Shown here piece after piece: positions 1 through 8,563 of a DNA stretch of 19,274 bases (positions are counted from its first letter, which is position 1; each line of letters opens with the position of its first letter). The DNA is from Candidatus Aegiribacteria sp. (GTDB lineage: Bacteria > Fermentibacterota > Fermentibacteria > Fermentibacterales > JCC-6), in the NCBI GenBank assembly GCA_046498225.1, contig JAWOBF010000049.1, positions 1 to 19,274 on the forward strand. Reading direction: 5' to 3'. The position numbers and the translations under genes were made by a program. The notes beneath the pieces were generated by a model. The model was given only the letters and a program-made list of their open reading frames with translations, was not told the origin of the DNA and did no database searches.

Positions 1-827
1 CCGGTGCCGATGAATTTGATGGGCCTGCCGGTGACAGCCCTGAACGACAGCGCCGCGCCGCCCCTGGAATCACCGTCCATCTTCGTTATGACCGAACCGG
101 TGAAGCCTATCCTCTCCTTGAACTCGGAGGCCACGTTGACGGCGTCCTGGCCCGACAGACCGTCCAGGACGAGCAGCGTCTCCGATGGATCAGAGGAACG
201 TCTGACGTTCTGCAGCTCCTCCATCAGGTCATCGTTCACGTGCAGCCGTCCGGCGGTATCGGCTATGACGACGTCGTAGTTCCTCAGTCTTGCCTCTTTA
301 ACCGCTTCCTTCAGCACGGCCACAGGATCGGTGGTGTCCCTTCGGCCGTAGAAACCGGCGTCGGCGTCGGCGGCCACTTTCTCCAGCTGGTCGATGGCGG
401 CTGGCCTCTGAAGGTCGCAGGCGGCCAGCATGACCCTTTTGCCCCTGTTCTTCGCCAGCCACCAGGCGAGCTTCGCGGCCGTAGTGGTCTTGCCGGACCC
501 CTGAAGACCTATCAGCAGGTATACCAGCGGGGGCGGGCCGGAAAGGTCAAGATCCGACCGTTCGGTGCCCAGAAGGCGGACTATTTCATCGTTTACTATC
601 TTGATGACCTGCTTGCCGGGATCGATGCTCTTCAGCACCTTCTCCCCCATTGCCTTCCCGCTCACCTCACCGATGAATTCCCTGGCTACACCGAAGCTCA
701 CGTCCGCCTCCAGCAGAGCGCGGCGCACCAGTCTCATGGCCTGCTTCACGTCCGACTCGGTAAGCACGCCTCTTCCGGTGATCTTTCTGAAAGCCTCCGA
801 GAGCCTTTCGCTCAGTGTATCGAACAA
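1..827 (-). CDS. ffh: Signal recognition particle protein Ffh (3' part runs off the window)
   Basis: Manual translation (absent from the ORF track). TTG at 827 follows GGAGG with 5-nt spacing. Reads MFDTLSERLSEAFRKITGRGVLTESDVKQAMRLVRRALLEADV and contains the SRP GTPase motifs GLQGSGKTT, DTAGRL and TKMDGDSRGGAALS...PIKFIGTG. Confidence 0.97.
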   Translation of the reverse strand, partial: MFDTLSERLSEAFRKITGRGVLTESDVKQAMRLVRRALLEADVSFGVAREFIGEVSGKAMGEKVLKSIDPGKQVIKIVNDEIVRLLGTERSDLDLSGPPPLVYLLIGLQGSGKTTTAAKLAWWLAKNRGKRVMLAACDLQRPAAIDQLEKVAADADAGFYGRRDTTDPVAVLKEAVKEARLRNYDVVIADTAGRLHVNDDLMEELQNVRRSSDPSETLLVLDGLSGQDAVNVASEFKERIGFTGSVITKMDGDSRGGAALSFRAVTGRPIKFIGT

Positions 828-900
828 TTCATCCTCCAGGTCATGCATTCCTGTTCCGGCGCTGTGGAATACCGCACCACGGCAGCCCGCAGAGCATGCA

Positions 901-929
901 ACTATACTTCATTTGATGATACGGTACAA
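901..929 (-). promoter_or_regulatory. Sigma70-type promoter for ffh
   Basis: Minus strand reads TTGTAC (929-924), a 17-nt spacer, then TATAGT (906-901), in an AT-richer intergenic stretch. Confidence 0.65.
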
Positions 930-982
930 GTTGCGCGGTGCCCTCTATTTATTGCGCGCAACCGTGAAAATGATGAAGCGCC

Positions 983-1633
983 TCATCTCAGGCTTCTGAT
1001 CGCTCCGGCGGGGTCTGACGAACCTGTCACGAAGGAGCCGGAAACCAGCACATCCGCGCCGGCGCGGACGAGCAGCTTCGAATTCGTGTCGTTCACTCCC
1101 CCGTCCACCGCCACCAGCGCCTCCCTGCCGCCGAACGAGTCCAGCAGTTCCCTTGCCCTGCCGACCTTGCGGTGAAGATGGGAAAGATGCTTCTGCCCCC
1201 CGTACCCGGGATTCACGGTCATGATGAGCACCATATCCACCGCCGGCGCCTCCCACCGCAGGAACTCCACCGGAGTAGCCGGATTGACGGCTACTCCCGC
1301 GAGGCAGCCGGTTTCCCTTATTCTGCCCAGCAGCCTGTCCAGATGCAGGGCCACTTCCGCGTGAACGGTTATGTAGCCGCATCCGGCATCGGCGAAAGCG
1401 TCGATAAGCCCCGCCGGTTCACGTACCATCAGGTGGGCGTCCACCGGAATGTCCACCGACCGGACCACCGCTTCAGCCACACCGGCGCCCACGGTCAGTA
1501 CCGGCACGAAATTCCCGTCCATTACGTCCAGATGGATCATGTCGGCTCCGGCCTCCTGCAGCCGGCGGGATTCCAGGGAAAGCCGTCCCTGGTCGCATCC
1601 GAGAATGGAGGGGGCCACAAGCAGCCTGCCCAT
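983..1633 (-). CDS. rpe: Ribulose-phosphate 3-epimerase
   Basis: Motifs APSIL, HLDVMDGNFVP, DAHLMV, MTVNPGYGGQ, VDGGVN, GADVLVSGS. ATG at 1633 overlaps the upstream stop (TGATG); GTG at 1636 is an alternative start. Confidence 0.97.
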   Translation of the reverse strand: MGRLLVAPSILGCDQGRLSLESRRLQEAGADMIHLDVMDGNFVPVLTVGAGVAEAVVRSVDIPVDAHLMVREPAGLIDAFADAGCGYITVHAEVALHLDRLLGRIRETGCLAGVAVNPATPVEFLRWEAPAVDMVLIMTVNPGYGGQKHLSHLHRKVGRARELLDSFGGREALVAVDGGVNDTNSKLLVRAGADVLVSGSFVTGSSDPAGAIRSLR

Positions 1634-2394
1634 CACCAGGTGCCCCAGTCATCGCTGATCCTGCCCACTACCAGCACGATGGAATCTCCCGGTGAAAAAC
1701 GGGAACCGGTGGGGAGCGACTGCTCAATCACCATCCCCTTCTCCTGTATGTCTCCGGTGGCCCTTTCCTCCACCACGGTCACCAGGCTGCTGTTGTCCGC
1801 AGTTTCCAGGGCTCTGGAGAGGGACAGGCCGACAAAGCGGGGAACGCCATCCCAGCCGGTGGAGACCAGGAGCCTTACGGGGGTTGTGACCGCAAGGCTG
1901 TCGTACTGCCTCGGAGATACGCCTATGACCAATCCCTCGGGAACCGACGGGTGGGGAACCCAGCTCCTGCCTATGGAATACAGCTGCCAGTCGGCTATCT
2001 TCTCCTCGGCCTCCACCGCCGAGAGCCCCGGGAGGGAATCCGGGAAGTACTGCCTGTAAAGGGGCCCGATGTTCCAGAATATGCTTACCGGCGCTCCTCT
2101 GGGGGTCATTGCCCCCGGCGGGGGGTCCTGTCTAATCACCGTTCCCATGGATTCCATGGGACCGTATTCGGACCACTGACCGGCGAGTACCAGATCCGAT
2201 GACTCGATCTCCCTCTGGGCGTCCTGCCTGGAGAGACCGATGACGTCAGGCACGGTAACGGGCGCGGATGCGGCCCCGATGGAGGATATGAACCTCGGGG
2301 TCTCGAAGATGGACGGGGCCAGCAGTATGCCGGCCAGAAAGGCCAGCAGGGCCGACGTCAGTGCCAGTATTCCGTACCTGAGAGCGGGTCTCAC
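1633..2394 (-). CDS. Membrane-anchored PASTA-domain protein (about 3 PASTA repeats, no kinase domain)
   Basis: N-terminal hydrophobic helix followed by repeats VPDVIGLS..DA...VIRQDPPPG, LPGLS..EA...VIGVSP and VPRFVGLS...A...VIEQSLPTG. GTGA overlap with the rsmB stop; GGAGG upstream. Confidence 0.88.
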   Translation of the reverse strand: MRPALRYGILALTSALLAFLAGILLAPSIFETPRFISSIGAASAPVTVPDVIGLSRQDAQREIESSDLVLAGQWSEYGPMESMGTVIRQDPPPGAMTPRGAPVSIFWNIGPLYRQYFPDSLPGLSAVEAEEKIADWQLYSIGRSWVPHPSVPEGLVIGVSPRQYDSLAVTTPVRLLVSTGWDGVPRFVGLSLSRALETADNSSLVTVVEERATGDIQEKGMVIEQSLPTGSRFSPGDSIVLVVGRISDDWGTW

Positions 2395-3566
2395 AGTTCA
2401 TTCCTCCAGGCTGCCGCGAATAGTCCGTCGATCTGATGCTCAGGTGGGAATATGATAATCATGCCGTCGGTGACAAGCTCCGGGGGCGCCGCCAGCTCCA
2501 CTCTTCGGAAACCCGTGTGGGTCCTCTCGAATCGGTCCACCTGCCGAATGTTCTCCTCATCCTCCAGGCTGCAGGTGGAATAGACCAGTGTTCCTCCCCG
2601 CTCCACCAGCCGGGCGGCGGAATCAAGGAGCTCCCACTGAAGGGCGGTCATTTCGTGAAGGTAGTTCACGGACCATCTCCATCTCGCGTCCGGCCTTCTC
2701 CTGTAAACCCCGGTATTCGTGCATGGAGCGTCCACCATGACCATGTCGAAACGGGAACTGAAAGGCGGCAGGATACCGTCCCCGGCCACGGGGACAGAAT
2801 TCCTCCAGCCCAGCCTCCGGCGGTTCTCAGCCCATCTTTCCATTCTGGAAGGGCTGCTGTCCATGGATACCACCAGGGAAGCGGTTTCCTGTAGATGGTG
2901 CGTCTTCCCCCCGGGGGCTGCGCCCAGCTCCAGAACCCTCCCCCCACGGGCGGACACGGCACATGCCCTTCCGGTTACGGCGGCCGCCTCATCCTGCAGG
3001 TACACCGGCCCGTCCAGGGAATCCAGCGGGTTTCCTCCCGTCCTCTCCACTATCCTGTAATCATCCAGGTACTTTCCAGGTGAGAGACCTGTTCCGGAGC
3101 CGTCCACGCATCCGCCCAGCGAGGGAACCGAGTTGTTCCACTCCATGAGCCGGACGGCATCCCCGGCACCGAACCGGGATACCCACCTGTCAACCAGCGC
3201 GGGGGGATGGGACCATCTCTCGGCGAGAGTGGCGGAATCGGGGTCCGGTTCTCCCCTCTCCGCCAGCTTCCTGAGAACCGCGTTCACCATTCCCGCGCCC
3301 CTGTGGGGCGAGACGGCGGTCACGGTTTCCGAAACCGCCGCGTGGGAGGGTGTTCCGAGTATGAGCAGCTGGACGGCGCCGACTCTCAGGCCGGCCAGCA
3401 CCACAGGGTCAAGCTTCTCCAGGGGCCTGCTGCAGTAACGGGCCAGGGCTCTGTCCAGCCTGGCCCGCCACACCATTGTTTCCCGAAGCAGTCTCAGGGC
3501 GAAGGCCCGATCCCTGCCGGCAAGACCGAAGACGACTTTCTCCCCCGCCAGGGATCGTATCGCCAC
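2391..3566 (-). CDS. rsmB: 16S rRNA m5C967 methyltransferase RsmB/Sun (NusB-like N-domain plus NOL1/NOP2 catalytic domain); start uncertain
   Basis: HAAVSETV and GMVNAVLR (NusB-like), SHP, QDEAA, LELGAAPGGKT, VDAPCTNTG..RRRPDARW, LVYSTCSL..EEN, DGLFAA. Confidence 0.9.
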   Translation of the reverse strand: MAIRSLAGEKVVFGLAGRDRAFALRLLRETMVWRARLDRALARYCSRPLEKLDPVVLAGLRVGAVQLLILGTPSHAAVSETVTAVSPHRGAGMVNAVLRKLAERGEPDPDSATLAERWSHPPALVDRWVSRFGAGDAVRLMEWNNSVPSLGGCVDGSGTGLSPGKYLDDYRIVERTGGNPLDSLDGPVYLQDEAAAVTGRACAVSARGGRVLELGAAPGGKTHHLQETASLVVSMDSSPSRMERWAENRRRLGWRNSVPVAGDGILPPFSSRFDMVMVDAPCTNTGVYRRRPDARWRWSVNYLHEMTALQWELLDSAARLVERGGTLVYSTCSLEDEENIRQVDRFERTHTGFRRVELAAPPELVTDGMIIIFPPEHQIDGLFAAAWRNEL

Positions 3567-3594
3567 CCTTCGGGCTTCCGCTCCGACGGTTGCC

Positions 3595-3843
3595 CTAACT
3601 GACGTTTTCCACCTTCTCTATCTCCGGGAAAACCGACTTCAGGTTCCGCTCCACGGTCCACTGCAGGGTAACGGTGGCCATGGCGCACCCGGAGCAGGCG
3701 CCCTTCAGCCTGACCTTCACTACCTTGTCCTCGATGCCGACGAACTCAATGTCGCCGCCGTCACGCTGAAGCACGGGCCTTATCTTCTCTACCTCCGCCC
3801 TGACGTTGTCTTCGTTGAATTCGGGAGCTTTCTCCTCACTCAC
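3595..3843 (-). CDS. NifU/Nfu-family Fe-S cluster carrier (single NifU-C domain)
   Basis: [15 protein letters not shown]...[12 protein letters not shown] with CxxC. GTG start 8 nt after GGAGG. Confidence 0.93.
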   Translation of the reverse strand: MSEEKAPEFNEDNVRAEVEKIRPVLQRDGGDIEFVGIEDKVVKVRLKGACSGCAMATVTLQWTVERNLKSVFPEIEKVENVS

Positions 3844-3861
3844 TCTTCATACCTCCAGTTC

Positions 3862-5928
3862 TCATACCTGTGAAATGACCAGTGAGACCATGGTCATGAG
3901 CTTGATCAGAATGTTCAGGGCGGGACCGCTGGTGTCCTTGAAAGGATCTCCCACCGTGTCCCCTATTACCGCCGCTGAATGCTCCGGAGTTCCCTTGCCG
4001 CCGTATTCTCCCTGCTCTATGAACTTCTTGGCGTTATCCCACGCGCCTCCCGCGTTGGACATGAATATGGCGAGAAGGACTCCGGAGACTATGGACCCGG
4101 CAAGAACCCCGCCCAGGGTCTCCGCACCGGCTTCTCCGAAGGCGAAGTAGACTATCACCGGAATGATGACCGCCAGTATTCCCGGCAGTATCATCTCCTT
4201 CAGGGCACCCTCGGTAGCTATCTCAACACATCTGGCGGTATCCGGTTCCGCCTCCCTCTCCATCAGTCCCTTTATCTTACTGAACTGTCTGCGGACTTCC
4301 GTCACCATTTTCATGGCGGTCCTGCCCACGGCTCTGAGGGTAAGTGAAGCGAACACGTAGGGCAGAAGGGCTCCGAACAGAAGCCCCGCAACCACGTTGG
4401 ACTTCAGGAGGTCTATGGCGGTCAGGCCGGTGGAGGCGGCGTAGGCGCTGAACAGGGCCAGCGCTGTAAGGGCGGCGGAGCCGATGGCGAACCCCTTGCC
4501 CATGGCGGCGGTGGTGTTGCCCAGCGAATCCAGTTTGTCGGTCCTCTCCCTCACCTCTCCGGGCAGGTCGGACATCTCGGCGATTCCGCCCGCGTTGTCG
4601 GCCACCGGGCCGTACGCGTCCACGGACATGGTCATTCCCACGTTCATCAGCATTCCCAGGGCGGCCAGGGCGATGCCGTAGAGACCGGCGAAATGGTAGC
4701 TTACCATGATGGCCGCTGCAATCAGCAGTATGGGAAAGATGGTGGATTCCATTCCCACGGCGATACCCTCAATGATGCAGGTGGCGGGACCGGTCCGGGT
4801 ACTCATGGCTATTTTCCTCACCGGGGCTCCGCTGGTGTAGAATTCCGTAACAAGACCGATGCCGGTGCCGGAGGCGATACCGCATACCAGCGCCCAGAAT
4901 ATTCCCATGCTGACGCTGAAGACGAACACGGTTGCCAGGGCCAGGGCCAGGGAAAGAAGGGTGCTGATGAATGTTGCGTTCCTCAGTACGGTGGCCGGAC
5001 TGCCTCTGCGGCTGAGCAGCCTGACCGAGATGACACCGGCTATCCCGGCAAGGGTCCCCGCGGCGGCAAGCATTATGGGCAGGGCTATCAGTGTCTCGGG
5101 ACCCGCGCTGGAACCCGCCGGTATCAGACCCGCCGGCACGCCGGAGAGGCTGAAGCCGAAAGCCAGTACCAGGGCGGCGATGATGCTTCCAACGTATGAC
5201 TCGAACAGGTCGGCCCCCATGCCGGCAACGTCCCCCACGTTGTCACCGACGTTGTCCGCGATGACCGCGGGGTTCCGGGGGTCGTCCTCGGGTATCCCGG
5301 CCTCTATCTTCCCGACCAGATCGGCACCCACGTCGGCGCTCTTGGTGAATATGCCGCCCCCCACCCTGGCGAACAGAGCTATGGAGCTGGCTCCCATGCC
5401 GAACCCGGCGATGTTGCTCAGCCGGACAGCGCCGATGATGGACTCCGCCGCGCCCTTGAGCGCGGGGGAGTTGTGGTAGATGATGAAGAACACTGAAACT
5501 CCCAGAAGCCCCAGAGTGGCCACCGCCAGACCCATCACGCTGCCCCCCTTGAAAGCCACGGAGAGGGCTTCGGAAAGACTCTTCCTCGCTGCATCGGTGG
5601 TCCTAACATTGCCTAAGGTGGCGGCATTCATGCCTATGTAGCCTGCCAGCATGCTGCAGCCCGCCCCGAATACGAAGGCCACCGCGGTGCCGTGGTCCAC
5701 TCCGAAGTAGAGTGCCCCCGCTACCAGAACCACGAAGGCCAGCAGTATCCGGTACTGCGTCTTGAGGTAGGTCATGGCGCCGGAGTGGATCATGTCCGCC
5801 AGGTAACGCATCCTGTCAGTCCCGGTCGGTTCCCGTTTCAGGCTTCGGTATCTCGCCGCGGCTATCAGACCGGTCAGCAGCGCGACCGCAATTCCCACAT
5901 ACCGGAAAGCAAAGTGATCGAAAGTCAT
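3862..5928 (-). CDS. hppA: Membrane-integral pyrophosphatase, K+-dependent (probably Na+-translocating)
   Basis: Many TM helices; [70 protein letters not shown]. Start moved to ATG 5928 (AAGGAG, 5-nt spacing) from the track's GTG 5934. Confidence 0.97.
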   Translation of the reverse strand: MTFDHFAFRYVGIAVALLTGLIAAARYRSLKREPTGTDRMRYLADMIHSGAMTYLKTQYRILLAFVVLVAGALYFGVDHGTAVAFVFGAGCSMLAGYIGMNAATLGNVRTTDAARKSLSEALSVAFKGGSVMGLAVATLGLLGVSVFFIIYHNSPALKGAAESIIGAVRLSNIAGFGMGASSIALFARVGGGIFTKSADVGADLVGKIEAGIPEDDPRNPAVIADNVGDNVGDVAGMGADLFESYVGSIIAALVLAFGFSLSGVPAGLIPAGSSAGPETLIALPIMLAAAGTLAGIAGVISVRLLSRRGSPATVLRNATFISTLLSLALALATVFVFSVSMGIFWALVCGIASGTGIGLVTEFYTSGAPVRKIAMSTRTGPATCIIEGIAVGMESTIFPILLIAAAIMVSYHFAGLYGIALAALGMLMNVGMTMSVDAYGPVADNAGGIAEMSDLPGEVRERTDKLDSLGNTTAAMGKGFAIGSAALTALALFSAYAASTGLTAIDLLKSNVVAGLLFGALLPYVFASLTLRAVGRTAMKMVTEVRRQFSKIKGLMEREAEPDTARCVEIATEGALKEMILPGILAVIIPVIVYFAFGEAGAETLGGVLAGSIVSGVLLAIFMSNAGGAWDNAKKFIEQGEYGGKGTPEHSAAVIGDTVGDPFKDTSGPALNILIKLMTMVSLVISQV

Positions 5929-6014
5929 CTGCACTCCTTGTTACACGGTAAGTTAATAACTGCTGTCATATACGACGCTTGTAAGAATGTGCCTTTTCTA
6001 CTCCCCCGGTCCCG

Positions 6015-6497
6015 TCAGGTCAAGGCACTTCCATCCGGCACATCGTTCAGGGTCTCGATGATCCCGCTGGAGGAGAATCCCCCGAGAAGGGGCACTATCC
6101 TGACAGTTCCCCCGTTTCCGGTCACGAAACCGCTTCCCACCACGGAATCCTCGCTGTAATCTCCCCCCTTGACCAGCACATCCGGTCTCACGGCCTTTAT
6201 CAGTTCCAGCGGTGTATCCTCGGGAAAGGGGACCAGGTAATCAACGGACCTGAACTCCGAGAGCACCTTCAACCTCCACGGAAGACCGTTCACCGGTCTG
6301 CCTTCACCCTTAAGCCTTCTGACGGACTCGTCCGTATTGACACCCACAATGAGCAGGTCACCCATGGATCGTGCTGCCCGCAGCAGATGAACGTGTCCCG
6401 GATGGACGATGTCAAAACAGCCGTTGGTGAATACCAGCGCGAGACCGCTTCTGCGGGCCCGGCGGCTGACGCCGGCCGCCTCAGTCCTGGACAGTAT
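6015..6497 (-). CDS. rfaE2: D-glycero-beta-D-manno-heptose 1-phosphate adenylyltransferase (RfaE domain II / HldC); start not determinable
   Basis: The frame is open from 6527 to 6015. Upstream of the track's ATG (6365) it encodes ILSRTEAAGVSRRARRSGLALVFTNGCFDIVHPGHVHLLRAARSMGD; downstream LIVGVNTDESVRRLKGEGRP, VLVKGGDY and SSSGII. The end coordinate is set at the in-frame ATA 6497. Confidence 0.88.
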   Translation of the reverse strand: MLSRTEAAGVSRRARRSGLALVFTNGCFDIVHPGHVHLLRAARSMGDLLIVGVNTDESVRRLKGEGRPVNGLPWRLKVLSEFRSVDYLVPFPEDTPLELIKAVRPDVLVKGGDYSEDSVVGSGFVTGNGGTVRIVPLLGGFSSSGIIETLNDVPDGSALT

Positions 6498-7494
6498 CCT
6501 CTCTTCCGGTGTAACGGTCCACCTCCCTCACTATGTCCTCCGGCCTTACGGCGTAGACTCCCGGTTCCGAACATGTGGCCGCCGCGGCGAACACCGAGAG
6601 CCCGACCCCCTCCTCCAGCGGAAGACCGGCAGCGAGGGCCATGGCCATGACGGCGATGACCGTATCTCCGGCCCCGGACACATCGAAGACGTGAATGGCG
6701 GCCGCGGGCCTGAAGAAAGGTTCAACGCCCTTCCTGCAGAGAACGCTCCCCTCGCTTCCCAGAGTTATCAGGACGGCTCCGGCCCCGAGCCTTTCCAGCA
6801 GAACGTCCCCCGCCGCGATGGCGTCTTCCAGGTTCCTGATCTCCATTCCCAGGGCCCTGGAGGTTTCAAGCCTGTTGGGCTTGAACAGGGTGCATCCCCT
6901 GAACTCGAAGAAGTTGATGAATTTCGGGTCCACCGCCACCGGGACTCCATGCTCCGCCGCCAGACTGATGATCTCCGATATGAGTTCCGGTACCAGGACA
7001 CCCTTGTTGTAATCCTCCAGGACTATCACGTCCAGATCGTCCATTGCCTCCCTGATGCCGGCGAAAATCCTCTCGCGCAGTTCTTCGGAAACCGGAGCGG
7101 TAACCTCCCTGTCCAGCCGGATGAGCTGGTGGCCCCCCGACATCACCCTGGTCTTGAGGGTAGTGGGGCGGCCTCCGTCCAGCACCAGGGCTCCGGTATC
7201 GATCCTCTCGCTCTCCAGGAGTTCCTTGAGCAGACCACCCTCCATGTCGTCGCCCGCGGTGCCGGCCATCAGAGGGATACCGCCCAGGGAGGAGACGTTC
7301 CTGGCTACGTTGGCGGCCCCTCCGGGGACCCAGTGACCGCGGCTGCTCTCCAGGGAAACTATGGGCACCGGAGCCTCGGGAGAAATCCTCTCAACCGTTC
7401 CCTCCAGATAATGGTCGAGTATCAGGTCCCCCGCCACCAGCACCCTTTTCCCCCGAATACTTTCAAGTATGTTCGTGATATTGTTCGGTATCAA
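6481..7494 (-). CDS. rfaE1: D-glycero-beta-D-manno-heptose 7-phosphate kinase (RfaE domain I / HldA, PfkB family)
   Basis: VLVAGDLILDHY..G.VERISPEAPVP, GGAANVARN, RPTTLKTR, DYNKG, VDPK, KPN, DVSGAGDTV. Likely start is TTG 7494 after GGAGG (5-nt spacing) rather than the track's 7566, which overlaps the divergent gene. Confidence 0.95.
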   Translation of the reverse strand: MIPNNITNILESIRGKRVLVAGDLILDHYLEGTVERISPEAPVPIVSLESSRGHWVPGGAANVARNVSSLGGIPLMAGTAGDDMEGGLLKELLESERIDTGALVLDGGRPTTLKTRVMSGGHQLIRLDREVTAPVSEELRERIFAGIREAMDDLDVIVLEDYNKGVLVPELISEIISLAAEHGVPVAVDPKFINFFEFRGCTLFKPNRLETSRALGMEIRNLEDAIAAGDVLLERLGAGAVLITLGSEGSVLCRKGVEPFFRPAAAIHVFDVSGAGDTVIAVMAMALAAGLPLEEGVGLSVFAAAATCSEPGVYAVRPEDIVREVDRYTGREDTVQD

Positions 7495-7556
7495 AGATCC
7501 CTCCGTCCGGAAAACTGGTATATAACCTGCACCGGCAACCTCTGAGAGGAGAAGCC

Positions 7557-7877
7557 GTGAAACCAAAGATGATGAATCAGCCGCCGCAAATCAACGCCGA
7601 CGCCGCGGATATAGACGGGGTATACAGCAATGTCTTCTTCATAGCCGCCTCCAGGGCGGAATTCGTACTGGATTTCGCCAGGATGGTCCCGGGGCTCAAG
7701 GGCGCCAAGCTCAAGTCGCGGATAATAGTATCCCCCCATCGAATGAAATCCCTGGTCAAGACCCTTCAGGCGCAGATCGATTCCTACGAGAGCAAATTCG
7801 GAACGCTGGAGGGAGACGGACAGACATCCTTCGGCTTCCAGACCAGGACAGTGGGTGAGCAGGAAGGTTCGGACTGA
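7557..7877 (+). CDS. DUF3467-family protein
   Basis: GVYSN...EFVLDF......RIIVSPHRMK.L...L...I..YE.KFG pattern. GAGGAG precedes the GTG. Confidence 0.85.
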   Translation: MKPKMMNQPPQINADAADIDGVYSNVFFIAASRAEFVLDFARMVPGLKGAKLKSRIIVSPHRMKSLVKTLQAQIDSYESKFGTLEGDGQTSFGFQTRTVGEQEGSD

Positions 7878-8552
7878 ATGTTCATGAAACCCGGAGTCCT
7901 TCTGCAGTGGTCGCTGGCCGTGGTGGTATCCCTTATACTGTGGGGCGTCTCCATCGAGGACAAGCCCTTCGAAGTAAACCGGCGTCTTCCCGTGTCCCCT
8001 CCGACTGTGCCATCCGATTACATGGTCCTTGGCGGTTTCGACGAAGATTCCGTGGAGGTATCCTTCATCGGCCGTGGAACCGAGGTACTCATAGACCAGC
8101 TCTTCAGGGAACCTGTATCCCTTCGGGTCAGCATTACGCCGGAGGAACAGGCCGGATCGTATCCCGTGAGCGTCTCAAGACGTTTCAGCCAGGGGGATAT
8201 CGAATTCCGGGATGATCCCTACGCTCAGCTGTCCTCTGCATCCTTCAGCCCCGGAAGCGTGACCTTCACCATAGACCGGACCGTTGTGAGGAACCTTCCC
8301 GTAAGTGTCAGGAGCGCGTCGGAGATCCCGGAGAGATACTTCTGGAGCATCTCCTCACACGAGACCGTGGAGATAAGGGGGGCGCAATCTATTGTGGACC
8401 GCCTCGACAGCCTGTACACCGTTCCTGTGGAACCTCGGTCCACAGCCGTATCCGCTCCTATTGTGAAACCGGAAGGCGTTATTTATATAAGTCCCTCTTC
8501 CGTAACCGCGGAACTTGTGCCTCCGGCTCAGGTCATCTCGCAGCTGAGGTGA
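7878..8552 (+). CDS. CdaR/YbbR-like membrane-anchored protein
   Basis: N-terminal SLAVVVSLILW helix, then beta-rich YbbR-like segments (SVEVSFIGRG, PGSVTFTIDRTVVRNLPV, TVEIRGAQSIVDRLDSLYTVPV, SPSSVT). Confidence 0.7.
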   Translation: MFMKPGVLLQWSLAVVVSLILWGVSIEDKPFEVNRRLPVSPPTVPSDYMVLGGFDEDSVEVSFIGRGTEVLIDQLFREPVSLRVSITPEEQAGSYPVSVSRRFSQGDIEFRDDPYAQLSSASFSPGSVTFTIDRTVVRNLPVSVRSASEIPERYFWSISSHETVEIRGAQSIVDRLDSLYTVPVEPRSTAVSAPIVKPEGVIYISPSSVTAELVPPAQVISQLR

Positions 8553-8563
8553 ACGGGCGTGTA

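Noticed and set aside
828..982. SRP 4.5S RNA gene next to ffh
   Set aside because: The conserved domain IV motif (CAGG..GNRA..AGCA) is not present on either strand.
240..1175. 311-aa plus-strand ORF
   Set aside because: Antisense shadow of ffh and rpe with no recognisable motifs; long shadow ORFs are expected in GC-rich DNA.
6409..7545. 378-aa plus-strand ORF
   Set aside because: Antisense to the well-supported heptose kinase; no domain signal.
7495..7566. Track's extended N-terminus of the heptose kinase
   Set aside because: It overlaps the divergent DUF3467 start, and a TTG with a good SD at 7494 matches the family length.
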